A stretch of DNA of 64,000 nucleotides from NCBI GenBank assembly GCA_036687665.1, contig JAYYZZ010000003.1, positions 132,129 to 196,128 on the forward strand, given 5' to 3'. Under the pieces are notes generated by a model. That model made no database searches, was not told the origin of the DNA, and worked only from the letters and a program-made list of their open reading frames with translations. The position numbers and the translations under genes were made by a program. This DNA is from Pseudomonadota bacterium. Lineage in GTDB: Bacteria > Pseudomonadota > Gammaproteobacteria > Poriferisulfidales > JAYYZZ01. Shown piece by piece: positions 33,079 through 43,013 of this stretch. The first letter of the stretch is position 1; each line of letters begins with the position of its first letter.

Positions 33079-34035
33079 ATGACTGAAGTAGATAATTTGA
33101 TGGTATTTTCGGGTAATTCACATCCTGCATTGGCCAAGAATATAGTTGATCAACTTAACATACCTCTTGGCAAAGCATTAGTAAGCCGCTTCAGTGATGG
33201 CGAAATACAAGTAGAGATTCAGGAAAATGTACGAGGGAAGGATGTTTTTGTTGTGCAATCTACGTGTCAGCCGACAAATGAAAATATAATGGAATTGTTA
33301 ATTATTGTTGATGCATTGAAAAGAGCTTCAGCCGACCGTATTACAACAGTTATACCGTATTTTGGGTATTCACGACAGGACCGGCGTGTGCGATCAACGC
33401 GTGTGCCGATTTCTGCAAAAGTGGTTGCAAATTTAGTAACCGGTGTTGGCACAGACCGAGTATTAACAATAGATTTGCATGCGGATCAAGAGCAAGGTTT
33501 CTTTGATGTGCCTGTAGACAATATATATGCTTCACCAATATTGATAGGTGATATCTGGCGTCAAAAATATCCAGATTTAATTGTGGTATCACCAGATGTA
33601 GGGGGGGTTGTGCGGGCAAGAGCGATTGCGAAACAATTGGATGATGCAGATTTAGCAATCATAGACAAGAGACGACCGAAAGCTAATGTTGCCCAGGTAA
33701 TGAATATCATCGGAGATTGTGATAGTAAATCATGCGTGATTGTAGATGATATAGTAGATACTGCAGGAACACTTTGCCAGGCTGCAAAAGCATTAAAAGA
33801 AAATGGAGCAAAAAAAGTGATGGCATACATCACACATGCGGTTTTATCAGGACAAGCAATTGAAAATATTGCTAATTCTGATATGGATGCCTTGGTAGTT
33901 ACAGACACTATTCCTCTCACCAAGGAAGCTGTAGCTTGTAAAAAGATTAGACAGCTAAGTGTGGGCAGCCTGATTGCAGAATCTATATCGCGCGTTCACC
34001 TGGAGCAATCCATTAGCACATTATTTATGGAGTAA
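33079..34035 (+). CDS. prs: Ribose-phosphate pyrophosphokinase
   Basis: GYSRQDRR and [12 protein letters not shown] motifs. Confidence 0.97.
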   Translation: MTEVDNLMVFSGNSHPALAKNIVDQLNIPLGKALVSRFSDGEIQVEIQENVRGKDVFVVQSTCQPTNENIMELLIIVDALKRASADRITTVIPYFGYSRQDRRVRSTRVPISAKVVANLVTGVGTDRVLTIDLHADQEQGFFDVPVDNIYASPILIGDIWRQKYPDLIVVSPDVGGVVRARAIAKQLDDADLAIIDKRRPKANVAQVMNIIGDCDSKSCVIVDDIVDTAGTLCQAAKALKENGAKKVMAYITHAVLSGQAIENIANSDMDALVVTDTIPLTKEAVACKKIRQLSVGSLIAESISRVHLEQSISTLFME

Positions 34036-34132
34036 ATGTTACTTTACTTCAATTACTCTCTCATTAATAATACGCAACCCTTGCATGGTTCATATATAGA
34101 CACCCGGGTAAATTATAAGGAAAAATATTGCT

Positions 34133-34849
34133 ATGGAATTTGAGTTAAATGCTGAAAAACGAAATGAGGCCGGCACCCCCGCTAGCCGCAAAGGTCGCCA
34201 TGCCGGGCAAGTGCCAGGTATTGTATATGGTGGCGGAAAGAAATCAGTATCGATTATTTTAAAACATGATGAATTACAACATAGCTTAGACAACGAGGCA
34301 TTTTATTCCCACGTTTTAAGTTTACATATTGACGGGAAGACCGAAAAAGTTATTTTGAGAGATATACAAAGACATCCAAGTAAGCCCAGAATTCTTCACT
34401 TAGATCTCCAAAGAATCAAAGAAGATGAAAAAATTCGCGTGTTCGTTCCCTTGCATTTCTTGGGCGAGGATGTTGCCCCAGGTGTAAAGCTGGAAGGCGG
34501 CGTTGTCAGCCACCTGATCACAGAGGTTGAAGTTTTATGCCTGCCTGCTGATTTACCTGAGTATATAGAGATAGATATATCAACAATGGAGCTCAGCGCA
34601 CCCTTGCATCTTTCCGAAATAAACATGCCTGAGTCTGTTGAGATTGTGGAATTTGCACATGGCGAAGATTCACAGGATAAACCCGTAGTTTTGATCACCA
34701 AGAAACGCGGTGCTGCGTCTGAAATTGAACCCGAAGAAGAGGTTGTGGCCGAAGGCGAGGAAGTTGAAGGCGAAGCTGCAGAAGGTGATCCAGATGCTAG
34801 TGATTCCCCAGAAGCTGCAGAAACGCAAGAGCCGAGCGAAAATAAGTAA
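34133..34849 (+). CDS. rplY: 50S ribosomal protein L25/general stress protein Ctc
   Basis: L25 N-domain (RKGRHAGQVPGIVYGG), Ctc C-domain and an acidic tail. Confidence 0.93.
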   Translation: MEFELNAEKRNEAGTPASRKGRHAGQVPGIVYGGGKKSVSIILKHDELQHSLDNEAFYSHVLSLHIDGKTEKVILRDIQRHPSKPRILHLDLQRIKEDEKIRVFVPLHFLGEDVAPGVKLEGGVVSHLITEVEVLCLPADLPEYIEIDISTMELSAPLHLSEINMPESVEIVEFAHGEDSQDKPVVLITKKRGAASEIEPEEEVVAEGEEVEGEAAEGDPDASDSPEAAETQEPSENK

Positions 34850-34860
34850 GCTTAACTTTC

Positions 34861-35412
34861 ATGGTTGATCAAGAAAGCCCAATCCAATTAATAGTTGGCC
34901 TTGGCAATCCCGGGCAAGAATATAAGAATACTCGGCATAATGCAGGATATTGGTTTATAGACGAAGTTATCCAAGAATATGGTGGCACTATCAGTGTGGA
35001 AAAAAAATTCTACGGCGAGATAGGAGCGGTTCAGATCGCAGACATAAGAATCAAGATTCTTAAGCCGACGGCTTATATGAATGAAAGCGGTAGAGCGGTT
35101 CAGTCAGTGTCCGAGTTTTATAAATTGGCACCTCATCAAGTCTTAATTGCCCATGACGATATTGACCTTTCTCCTGCAACAGCAAAATATAAATTAGGAG
35201 GAGGCCATGGGGGGCATAATGGTTTGCGCGATATTTTTAATCACATAGGACAGGATTTTTGGCGGGCCAGGATTGGCGTTGGACACCCAGGACATAAGGA
35301 TCAAGTGACAGACTATGTTTTAAATAAAGCGCCCAGCGAGGAGCATGAACTTATCATGCGCAGCATTCATGCTGCTGTTCAGGATTTGCCTTCAAAAGTG
35401 ACTGGCACTTAA
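34861..35412 (+). CDS. pth: Peptidyl-tRNA hydrolase
   Basis: LIVGLGNPG..Y..TRHN motif. Confidence 0.95.
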   Translation: MVDQESPIQLIVGLGNPGQEYKNTRHNAGYWFIDEVIQEYGGTISVEKKFYGEIGAVQIADIRIKILKPTAYMNESGRAVQSVSEFYKLAPHQVLIAHDDIDLSPATAKYKLGGGHGGHNGLRDIFNHIGQDFWRARIGVGHPGHKDQVTDYVLNKAPSEEHELIMRSIHAAVQDLPSKVTGT

Positions 35413-35413
35413 C

Positions 35414-36505
35414 ATGGGTTTTAATTGTGGCATTGTAGGCTTACCTAATGTCGGGAAATCGACATTATTTAATGCTCTCACAAAAGCGCAAATACCAGCT
35501 GAAAATTATCCTTTTTGTACAATAGAACCCAATATTGGTGTGGTTCCAGTCCCAGATCCTCGCCTTGAAAAATTAGCGACAATTGCGCAATCAAAGAAGA
35601 TCATTCCTACTACCATAGAGTTTGTTGATATTGCTGGTCTTGTAGCAGGTGCCTCACAAGGCGAAGGGCTTGGCAATAAATTCTTATCGCATATTAGGCA
35701 AACTGATGCGATCGCAGAAGTTGTCCGTTGTTTTGATAATGATGATATTGCTCATGTGAGCGGGCAGATAAACCCCATTGATGATTCTGAAACTGTTCAC
35801 ACAGAACTTTTGTTAGCTGATTTAGAAACTTTGAATAATGCCATTGAACGCATTAATAGAGTTGCCAAATCTGGCAATAAAACAGCAAATGAAGACTTAA
35901 AAGTTTTCGAGACAGCAAGAGAGCACATTGACTTAGGCAGCCCAATGAGAGTTTATCAGTGCGAAGAAAAGGATAAGAAGTTACTGGAAGACTTGCATCT
36001 GCTGACCTTAAAACCATTATTTTACATTGCTAACATTTCCGAAGATGGGGTTAAGGAAAATACGCACATCAAACAGCTAACCCAGTTGTCTGCTGATAAT
36101 AATGCAATAGTAATTCCTGTTTGTGCAAAATTAGAAGCCGAACTGTCCGATTTAGATGAAGCGGAAAAGCTTCAGTTTTTAGCTGACATGGGTATGCAAG
36201 AACCAGGCCTGAACAGTATCATCCGCGCAGGTTACAAAATACTTGGATTGCAAACTTTTTTTACAGCAGGGCCTAAGGAAGCGCGTGCTTGGACAATCAA
36301 ACAGGGAATGCTCGCCCCTCAAGCAGCAGGCAAGATACATACTGATTTTGAAGAAGGATTTATTAGAGCTGAAGTGATTACTTACACGGATTACATAGAG
36401 TGCCAGGGCGAGCCGGGTGCGAAAGAAAAAGGAAAATGGAAATTGGAAGGAAAAGAGTATGTGATGCAAGAGGGCGATGTTGTGCACTTTAGATTCAATG
36501 TATGA
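35414..36505 (+). CDS. ychF: Redox-regulated ATPase YchF
   Basis: GIVGLPNVGKST P-loop and a C-terminal TGS-like domain ending VVHFRFNV. Confidence 0.97.
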   Translation: MGFNCGIVGLPNVGKSTLFNALTKAQIPAENYPFCTIEPNIGVVPVPDPRLEKLATIAQSKKIIPTTIEFVDIAGLVAGASQGEGLGNKFLSHIRQTDAIAEVVRCFDNDDIAHVSGQINPIDDSETVHTELLLADLETLNNAIERINRVAKSGNKTANEDLKVFETAREHIDLGSPMRVYQCEEKDKKLLEDLHLLTLKPLFYIANISEDGVKENTHIKQLTQLSADNNAIVIPVCAKLEAELSDLDEAEKLQFLADMGMQEPGLNSIIRAGYKILGLQTFFTAGPKEARAWTIKQGMLAPQAAGKIHTDFEEGFIRAEVITYTDYIECQGEPGAKEKGKWKLEGKEYVMQEGDVVHFRFNV

Positions 36506-36555
36506 TAGATAGTTGAAGAAATGGCGTCCTTTTAGTAAGGTCGCGCGACTCACAT

Positions 36556-36632
36556 GGCTACGTAGCTCAGTTGGTTAGAGCACGGCACTCATAACGCCGG
36601 GGTCGGTGGTTCAAGTCCACCCGTAGCCACCA
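36556..36632 (+). tRNA. tRNA-Met, elongator type (anticodon CAT)
   Basis: The acceptor stem and D arm are identical to E. coli metT (GGCTACGTAGCTCAGTTGGTTAGAGCAC). The anticodon loop is CTCATAA and CCA is encoded. An A31-C39 mismatch closes the anticodon stem. tRNA-Ile2 (lysidine) cannot be fully excluded. Confidence 0.88.
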
Positions 36633-36639
36633 TTTTTTA

Positions 36640-37461
36640 TCAATAAAGGTGATTTACTAAGAAGTAAGTGTGTACCCAGTACACTCCCCAACCTATAAAT
36701 ACGAAACCTGGGATTGTGCGGATGTACGAGTCTTTTATATAGGGTATCTTTTCAAATAATACAAAAAGTGCCAGCGCCATAATCCATAATAGATTCATGA
36801 CACCTAATGCAAAGAGGATTGCCATCAGCATCCAGCAACAACCGACGCAAAATGTTCCATGGTGTAAACCCATATATAATGCACCCAGCTTGCCGTCTTT
36901 CCAATGTGCAAACAAATAAGTCAAAGGGGTGCGGCAATGTTTCAGACACACTTCTTTTAATGGGGTGAATTGATAAATGCCAGCACTTGTGAGTATTAGG
37001 CCACTTAGTAAATAGCTTCTGCTGTTCATCATTGGGTTAAGGAGGGCGCTTTCATGTAGTGGCCACTGTACTAGAGTTGCGATAATTGAAAATACTGCCC
37101 AGGAAAGCAGGTAGCCAGACAAAAAAATGAATGTAGGCGCATAGATCTGTTCTTTTTCTTTTTTTGTTTTGTTGATTTTACTGAAGAGTAATACCATGGG
37201 GCTAATTGAAGGGAGCATCATAGCGATCATCATAATGATCCACATAACAAAGCACATCCAAAAATCATAAAACTCCCATGGTCTGGTTCCGCCACGGGGT
37301 GGCATCCACATTTCAATAACATCCATATGTTCCATTGCCCACGCCATCCAGAGCATGTAGCCCCAGCTAGCCAAACCAATAGTAAGCAAACCAGCGTAAA
37401 TGATTGTTTTTTGTCTAAAAAGTAGCGAGGACAGGGGCTCTGAACCCAACGAAATACCCAT
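36640..37461 (-). CDS. DUF2182-like predicted metal-binding integral membrane protein
   Basis: 273-aa polytopic protein with LKHCRTP and HHGTFCVGCCWMLM Cys/His motifs. The family assignment is from memory. Confidence 0.65.
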   Translation of the reverse strand: MGISLGSEPLSSLLFRQKTIIYAGLLTIGLASWGYMLWMAWAMEHMDVIEMWMPPRGGTRPWEFYDFWMCFVMWIIMMIAMMLPSISPMVLLFSKINKTKKEKEQIYAPTFIFLSGYLLSWAVFSIIATLVQWPLHESALLNPMMNSRSYLLSGLILTSAGIYQFTPLKEVCLKHCRTPLTYLFAHWKDGKLGALYMGLHHGTFCVGCCWMLMAILFALGVMNLLWIMALALFVLFEKIPYIKDSYIRTIPGFVFIGWGVYWVHTYFLVNHLY

Positions 37462-37572
37462 ATATATTTTAGTTTATTAGTAAATAATAATATATTTTAT
37501 TTAATTGCAACCCAACTAAAGGCAAGTATACTTTGTCGTCCAAAATGAGAAAAGATACAGACGGAGAAAGAT

Positions 37573-38172
37573 ATGTCAGATAACTGGAAGCTCGAAGGTA
37601 ATTATTTCGAATCATGTAATTGTGATTTGGTATGCCCTTGCATTTTTCTTGATCCACCAACTGAAGGTTTTTGTGAAGCTCAGGTTGGCTGGGAAATTAA
37701 TAAAGGACATTTAGATGACGTCAATCTAGATGGAGTCAAAATCGGAGTGTGGTTACATGCACCAGGGCCCCTGACAGAAGGTGGATGGGATCTCGCCTTA
37801 TACGTTGACGATAAAGCCAGCAAAGAGCAGTTTGATGCCGTATGTCAGCTGTGGTCAGGAGAACATGGTGGACACTTAGCAATTATTTCAAGCTTAGTTG
37901 GTAATGTTATGTCAGCAGAGCAAGTCCCTATTGAAATTAGCACAAGTAACCCCAGGTCTTTAAAAATTGGAGATGTAGGTGAATTAGTGATGCCTGAGAT
38001 AGAGGGTGCTGACGGGAAAACTGTTACAGTTTCTAATATGCCACTAGCTGTAGCTCCGGGTTATGACATCACAGTTTGTAGATCTGAAAAGAATACTTAC
38101 ACAGGTAATGGTAAAAATTGGTCACAGGTGGGCAAAGTCGGTCTTGCGTCACCATTTACATATGGGCCATAA
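37573..38172 (+). CDS. DUF1326-like protein
   Basis: N-terminal ESCNCDLVCPC motif; 199 aa. GGAGAAAG SD. It is divergent from the DUF2182-like gene. Confidence 0.65.
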   Translation: MSDNWKLEGNYFESCNCDLVCPCIFLDPPTEGFCEAQVGWEINKGHLDDVNLDGVKIGVWLHAPGPLTEGGWDLALYVDDKASKEQFDAVCQLWSGEHGGHLAIISSLVGNVMSAEQVPIEISTSNPRSLKIGDVGELVMPEIEGADGKTVTVSNMPLAVAPGYDITVCRSEKNTYTGNGKNWSQVGKVGLASPFTYGP

Positions 38173-38208
38173 CTGAATAACTATAATAATAAAAAACTCA
38201 ACCACTAA

Positions 38209-38234
38209 GGCCGCATCGCGGCCTTTTTGTTTTT
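38209..38234 (+). terminator. Rho-independent terminator after the DUF1326-like gene
   Basis: GGCCGC-ATC-GCGGCC stem-loop (extendable by 2 A-T pairs) followed by TTTTTGTTTTT. Confidence 0.75.
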
Positions 38235-38247
38235 AGGCGGGCAAAAA

Positions 38248-38802
38248 ATGGGTACTCATTACGTAAATGGCAATGACCTGAATGAACCATACCCACAACA
38301 AACAGAGATGGCGATGTTTGGTATGGGATGTTTCTGGGGTGCAGAAAAAAAATTTTGGGAGCTCCCCGGCGTGCATTTAACTTTAGTTGGTTATGCAGGT
38401 GGGGTTACAGAAAACCCAACATATCAGGAGGTCTGCAGAGGAGACAGCAAACACAATGAAGTTGTCAAAATAGTTTTTTATTCGCAACAGGTTGTTTACG
38501 AAGATTTACTTAAAGTTTTTTGGGAATCTCATAATCCTACACAAGGGATGAGGCAAGGCAATGATGTCGGTGAGCAATATCGCTCAGGTATATATTATTT
38601 TTCAAAGCAGCAATGCAGGCTAGCCAGCAAAACGCTAGATATTTATCAAAATAACCTAACTAGGGAAGGATATGGCAAGATAACAACTGAAATTATAGAA
38701 GCACCAACATTTTATTTAGCAGAAGAATATCACCAACAATATTTAGCTAAGAACCCTCAGGGTTACTGCGGTTTAGGTGGGACTAACGTGCCGTTAAGCT
38801 AG
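38248..38802 (+). CDS. msrA: Peptide-methionine (S)-S-oxide reductase
   Basis: [14 protein letters not shown] active-site motif. ATG 38248 is preferred because the TTG 38227 start lies inside the upstream terminator. Confidence 0.93.
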   Translation: MGTHYVNGNDLNEPYPQQTEMAMFGMGCFWGAEKKFWELPGVHLTLVGYAGGVTENPTYQEVCRGDSKHNEVVKIVFYSQQVVYEDLLKVFWESHNPTQGMRQGNDVGEQYRSGIYYFSKQQCRLASKTLDIYQNNLTREGYGKITTEIIEAPTFYLAEEYHQQYLAKNPQGYCGLGGTNVPLS

Positions 38803-39168
38803 TTTTATTATTATTATTTTATCCCCGTCTTTTACTGCCAACAGTTTTTTGACATCATCTTTAGTTATTGCCCATATATTTGTTTTTGTCGCTAGACGTA
38901 TTTCATTTTTTTTGGATACAGGAGTTGGGCCAAATCCAATTGCAATACATTTACCCTCAACCCAGTATGCAATTTCCCCCGGTTCTACTACGTCTTTTGC
39001 GTTTAGCTCTAGCGATGTGTTTACAGGGGCAGAAAAATATACTTCTTCACCCCAGGTATGAGCTTTTGATTCTATAGGTAATGCTTTATAAATAGACTCA
39101 GCAGTATCCGTCGCGCACAGTTCAGCTGTTAATGAGATTCCTCCAGTTTTTATTTCAATTTTTTTCAT
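38794..39168 (-). CDS. Cyclophilin-like fold (TM1367-like) protein
   Basis: 124 aa with the pattern [24 protein letters not shown] overlap with the ptrB stop. Confidence 0.65.
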   Translation of the reverse strand: MKKIEIKTGGISLTAELCATDTAESIYKALPIESKAHTWGEEVYFSAPVNTSLELNAKDVVEPGEIAYWVEGKCIAIGFGPTPVSKKNEIRLATKTNIWAITKDDVKKLLAVKDGDKIIIIKLA

Positions 39169-41270
39169 TCAATTTGGTCAAATATTTTTAAAATAAAAGC
39201 ATACATAAAAGCAATTTCCTTTAGCATTTCATATCTTCCTGAGACCCCGGCGTGCCCTGCAGACATGTTTGTTTTCAAGAGTAGCAGATTATTATCTGTT
39301 TTCAGGCTCCTAAGTTTTGCAACCCATTTAGCGGGCTCCCAGTATGTAACTCGCGGATCTGTGACCCCTGCTGTCACAAGCACATGTGGGTATTTTTGCT
39401 GCTTTATATTGTCATACGGAGAATACGAAGCTATGTATTGATATGCATGACTATCTTCAATCGGATTACCCCATTCTAACCATTCAGGAGGCGTTAGCGG
39501 CAATGAGTCATCACAAATAGTATTGAGAACATCGACAAAGGGCACATCCGCCACTGCAGCTTTAAAGATGTTAGGGCGCATATTGATAGCAGCACCTATG
39601 AGCATACCTCCAGCTGACCCTCCATGAATAGCAATATTTCCTTTAACGGCGTAGTTATTTTTGATTAGGAAGTCAGCACATGTTAGAAAATCTGAAAAAG
39701 TATTTTTTTTATTTTTAAGCTTTCCGTCTTCATACCAAGCGTATCCTTTTTCCATCCCTCCGCGCACATGTGCGATCGCGTATATAAAACCTCTATTGAC
39801 TAGAGATAGACGATGTGTCGAGAAACTTGCAGGTGTGATATTTCCATAAGCTCCATACCCGTAGAGAAGCAATGGTGACGTTCCATCGATTGGGGTTTTC
39901 TTGTGATATAAAATTGAAATTGGAATTTTTTTGTTATCTTTAGATTTTGCAAATAGCCTTTTAGATTGATATTGCGAGGGATCATGACCACTGGGGACCT
40001 CTTGTATTTTTCTAATAGTTTTTTTGTTTGTACGCATATTATAGTCAATAATTTGTCGCGGCGTAGTCATAGAAGTGTAACTAAAACGCATGTTATCTGT
40101 CTTAAACTCATAACCCGGAACATATTCAAGCTCATATACATCTTCTTCAAATTTGATAGTCTTTGTCTTTGCAAGATTCCCATCATTGTTGATTAATGAA
40201 ATATTCAACTGCGGTAAATTTTCAATCCTTTCCTCAGTGATTAAGTAATCTCTAAACATTCCCATTTCACATAACAATGTTCCTTTTTTAGGCACATATA
40301 AATCCCTCCAATTTTTCTTAGCTAGTTTATTAATAGGCGTAAACATTAATTTGAAATTTTTACATCGGTCTGCATTTGTTAGGATATATAAATAATCTCC
40401 ATTATCAGTTATATCGTATTCAACATTTTTTTTTCTAGGTTCGACGAGCACAGGAAGTTGCTCTGGCTTTTTTGCATTGACTAAATAAACTTCTGAAGTG
40501 ACGTGGTCATGAGATGTGATAGTTATAAATTTACCAGATTCAGTGCTATCTAAAGCAACAAAAAAAGCGGAGTCCTTTTCTTTGTAGACCATAGTGTCAT
40601 TATTAATAGATGCCCCAATCTTGTGGCGGAATACTGAGTCAGGGCGATGGTTTTTGTCTAACTGAGTATAGAATAGAGTTTGGCTATCCTGAGCCCAGAC
40701 AATCTCTCCCTGGATATTCTTGATTTTATCTTTGAGTAAGACCTTTTTTACTAGGTCAAATATCTGCAAGGTATAAAACTCAGAGCCTTTATCATCAATG
40801 CAATATGCAAGGTATCGATGATCAGGGCTATGTTCACAGTCCCCGATGTCAAAAAATTTCTTTTTGTCAGCTAATATGTTGCAATCAAGTAGCACCTGCT
40901 CATTTTTAATAGCACTTTTATACCTGCAAAACACAGGGTACTGTTTTTTCTTTTTATAGCGCACATAATAATAGTATTCCCCATCCTTGCTTGGCACCGA
41001 TGAATCGTCATCTTTGATCCTTCCTTTTAGTTCTTTGAAAAGTGTTGTTTGCAAACCCTTTGTATCTGTCATTACTTTTTGTGTGTAATTATTTTCTTCC
41101 TTTAGGTACTTTTTTATATCTGGGTTAAGTTTAGAGGGAGTTTTAATTACGCTTTGCCAATCTTTATCTCTCAACCAATTGTAGTCATCTTTCCTTGAAA
41201 TCCCATGGAGAGTTTTTTTATGCCTCATTTTTTGTGCTACTGGGGCAGTATGTATTTTTGATTGCGACAT
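39165..41270 (-). CDS. ptrB: Oligopeptidase B (S9A prolyl oligopeptidase family)
   Basis: N-terminal DDYNWLRD...YLKEENNYT pattern and the catalytic GGSAGGML motif. The start is taken at MSQSK (41270); the ORF extends to 41351, but that would overlap pdxH. Confidence 0.88.
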   Translation of the reverse strand: MSQSKIHTAPVAQKMRHKKTLHGISRKDDYNWLRDKDWQSVIKTPSKLNPDIKKYLKEENNYTQKVMTDTKGLQTTLFKELKGRIKDDDSSVPSKDGEYYYYVRYKKKKQYPVFCRYKSAIKNEQVLLDCNILADKKKFFDIGDCEHSPDHRYLAYCIDDKGSEFYTLQIFDLVKKVLLKDKIKNIQGEIVWAQDSQTLFYTQLDKNHRPDSVFRHKIGASINNDTMVYKEKDSAFFVALDSTESGKFITITSHDHVTSEVYLVNAKKPEQLPVLVEPRKKNVEYDITDNGDYLYILTNADRCKNFKLMFTPINKLAKKNWRDLYVPKKGTLLCEMGMFRDYLITEERIENLPQLNISLINNDGNLAKTKTIKFEEDVYELEYVPGYEFKTDNMRFSYTSMTTPRQIIDYNMRTNKKTIRKIQEVPSGHDPSQYQSKRLFAKSKDNKKIPISILYHKKTPIDGTSPLLLYGYGAYGNITPASFSTHRLSLVNRGFIYAIAHVRGGMEKGYAWYEDGKLKNKKNTFSDFLTCADFLIKNNYAVKGNIAIHGGSAGGMLIGAAINMRPNIFKAAVADVPFVDVLNTICDDSLPLTPPEWLEWGNPIEDSHAYQYIASYSPYDNIKQQKYPHVLVTAGVTDPRVTYWEPAKWVAKLRSLKTDNNLLLLKTNMSAGHAGVSGRYEMLKEIAFMYAFILKIFDQIE

Positions 41271-41314
41271 ATTTCTTAAACTTTTATAGTATCTATGTAA
41301 ATAAAGAATGAACG

Positions 41315-41914
41315 ATGAGATTAACCCAGAATACAATAAATCAAAACCCATTTGAGCAATTCAAAATTTGGTACGTTGAAGCTGCTAATACAGCCCTAAA
41401 GCTCCCAAATGCTGTGAGCTTAGCGACTGTAACGGCAGATGGGCAGCCTAGCTCACGCATGGTTTTATTAAAGGACTTTGGTGAACACGGGTTTATTTTT
41501 TATACCAACTATCAAAGCAATAAAGCTGTAGAGCTGCAATCCAACTCGTGCGGCGCGCTCAACTTCTGGTGGGAGCCATTACATAAGCAAATACGCATAG
41601 AGGGGCGCATTAAAAAGGTAGCTGCAGAACTTTCAGAATCATACTTTGCTGCCCGGCCAAGAGAAAGCCAAATTGGAGCTCATGCATCAGATCAGAGCAA
41701 AATTGTTGCCGATGCCGAGTTTCTAGAGGAGCAGTATGAGCGATATGAAAAAGAATTTTCCGGCAAAGCAATTGCCCGACCAAAACACTGGGGAGGGTAT
41801 TGCCTGGTTCCTGATATGTTTGAATTTTGGCAGGGACAAACAGCACGCATGCATGATCGGATACGTTTTATGAAACAAGGTAAGCGCTGGGTGACCCAAA
41901 GACTCGCCCCATGA
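41315..41914 (+). CDS. pdxH: Pyridoxamine 5'-phosphate oxidase
   Basis: NPFEQF..W, QPSSRMVLLK, IEFWQGQ..R.HDR and a C-terminal RLAP. Confidence 0.93.
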   Translation: MRLTQNTINQNPFEQFKIWYVEAANTALKLPNAVSLATVTADGQPSSRMVLLKDFGEHGFIFYTNYQSNKAVELQSNSCGALNFWWEPLHKQIRIEGRIKKVAAELSESYFAARPRESQIGAHASDQSKIVADAEFLEEQYERYEKEFSGKAIARPKHWGGYCLVPDMFEFWQGQTARMHDRIRFMKQGKRWVTQRLAP

Positions 41915-42309
41915 CTGTTTGGGATAATTACAGAACAGCTATTTTTATCGCAAACAAACCGATCAAGCTTCCTTCTGCATTTGCTATTCTCACAGCAGAC
42001 AATCCTGGCAGTAACGTGTTGCCTGAAATTGTTAACAAAAATGCGAGAAATGCTTTGTTGCGAGAGCTTCGTGACCTTCAGTGCGACCCAATCGAGATAC
42101 ATGGAAGCTCCAGAGATTTGAAGCACTCCGAATGTAGTTATATTGCAGAGATCAGCAAGCAGGAGGCTCTTCAGCTAGGAGTACGTTATCAGCAAAACGC
42201 TATTTACTGGGTCGATAATAACAAGCTTTATTTAATTCCATGCATAATAGACCAAGATTATGAAAAGGAGTATTTAGGCTTCTTTTCCGAGCGTTTAACG
42301 ACCTCCTAA
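41911..42309 (+). CDS. DUF3293-like hypothetical protein
   Basis: 132 aa with an AILTADNPGS motif. ATGA overlap with the pdxH stop. Confidence 0.55.
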   Translation: MTVWDNYRTAIFIANKPIKLPSAFAILTADNPGSNVLPEIVNKNARNALLRELRDLQCDPIEIHGSSRDLKHSECSYIAEISKQEALQLGVRYQQNAIYWVDNNKLYLIPCIIDQDYEKEYLGFFSERLTTS

Positions 42310-42333
42310 ACTTCATATTAAAACTTAATCAGC

Positions 42334-42363
42334 TTGCAAAAGCCTACGCTCAGCTTATAATAT
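42334..42363 (+). promoter_or_regulatory. Putative lexA promoter TTGCAA-18-TAATAT
   Basis: Hexamers read directly. The predicted transcription start is at about 42370, right at the direct-repeat operator. Confidence 0.35.
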
Positions 42364-42369
42364 ATAAAA

Positions 42370-42387
42370 TGAGAACATATTGAGAAC
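42370..42387 (+). promoter_or_regulatory. Direct repeat TGAGAAC-N4-TGAGAAC (GAAC-N7-GAAC), candidate LexA operator
   Basis: Perfect 7-nt direct repeat with an 11-bp period, ending 5 nt before the lexA ATG. No CTG-N10-CAG is present anywhere in the 83-bp upstream spacer. Confidence 0.45.
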
Positions 42388-42392
42388 TTTAC

Positions 42393-43013
42393 ATGAAATT
42401 AAGTAAAACACAGTACAGAGTGTTAAAAGCGTTTCAGAAGCATGTAGCAAAGCATGAATATTCTCCAACCCTCCAAGAACTTGGAGAAGAGGTTGGGATT
42501 TCGTCCAAAGGGACAATACACAGACATATCCAGGTTTTAATTGAGACAGGGTATTTAGCGTATAGCTCTTCCGGGTGGCGTAGTTTACAACTTGCGAACA
42601 CTGTTGGCTGGTTTGCTCCGACTCCACATAAAAAAGCATGTTTTCCCATCTTGGGGAGAATTGCAGCAGGTTTACCGATAGAGGCAATTGAGAATCAGGC
42701 AGAGCTAAATCTTACCGATGTTTTTGATGGTGAAGGGCGTTATATTTTAGAAGTAAGAGGCAACTCAATGGTGGATGCCGGAATTTTAGAAGGGGATATG
42801 GTTGTCATTGAGCGTCGCGATAGCGCAGATGATGGCAATATTGTTGTGGCAATTATTGATGGTTATGAAGCAACATTGAAGCGTTTGCGGTATCAAGCAG
42901 ACCGATCTATTGCCCTGGTTCCTGAGAACCAGAATATGCAGCCTATGGTATATGAACCTTCAAGAATTAATGTGCAAGGAGTATTAGTGGGGCAGTTTCG
43001 TAAATATGGATAA
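42393..43013 (+). CDS. lexA: LexA repressor (S24 autopeptidase)
   Basis: Winged-HTH N-domain, RIAAGLP cleavage site (Ala-Gly), GNSM catalytic Ser and TLKRL catalytic Lys. Confidence 0.88.
   Translation: MKLSKTQYRVLKAFQKHVAKHEYSPTLQELGEEVGISSKGTIHRHIQVLIETGYLAYSSSGWRSLQLANTVGWFAPTPHKKACFPILGRIAAGLPIEAIENQAELNLTDVFDGEGRYILEVRGNSMVDAGILEGDMVVIERRDSADDGNIVVAIIDGYEATLKRLRYQADRSIALVPENQNMQPMVYEPSRINVQGVLVGQFRKYG

Noticed and set aside
36179-36553. 124-aa minus-strand ORF over the 3' end of ychF
   Set aside because: It is antisense to the highly conserved ychF. Its start would sit directly against tRNA-Met, leaving no promoter space.
41271-41351. 27-codon N-terminal extension of ptrB given by the ORF track
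   Set aside because: It would overlap the divergent pdxH start by 37 nt. The Met at 41270 gives the N-terminus expected for oligopeptidase B.
41692-42126. 144-aa minus-strand ORF spanning the pdxH/DUF3293 junction
   Set aside because: It is antisense to two well-supported, translationally coupled genes. It has no SD and no recognisable motifs.
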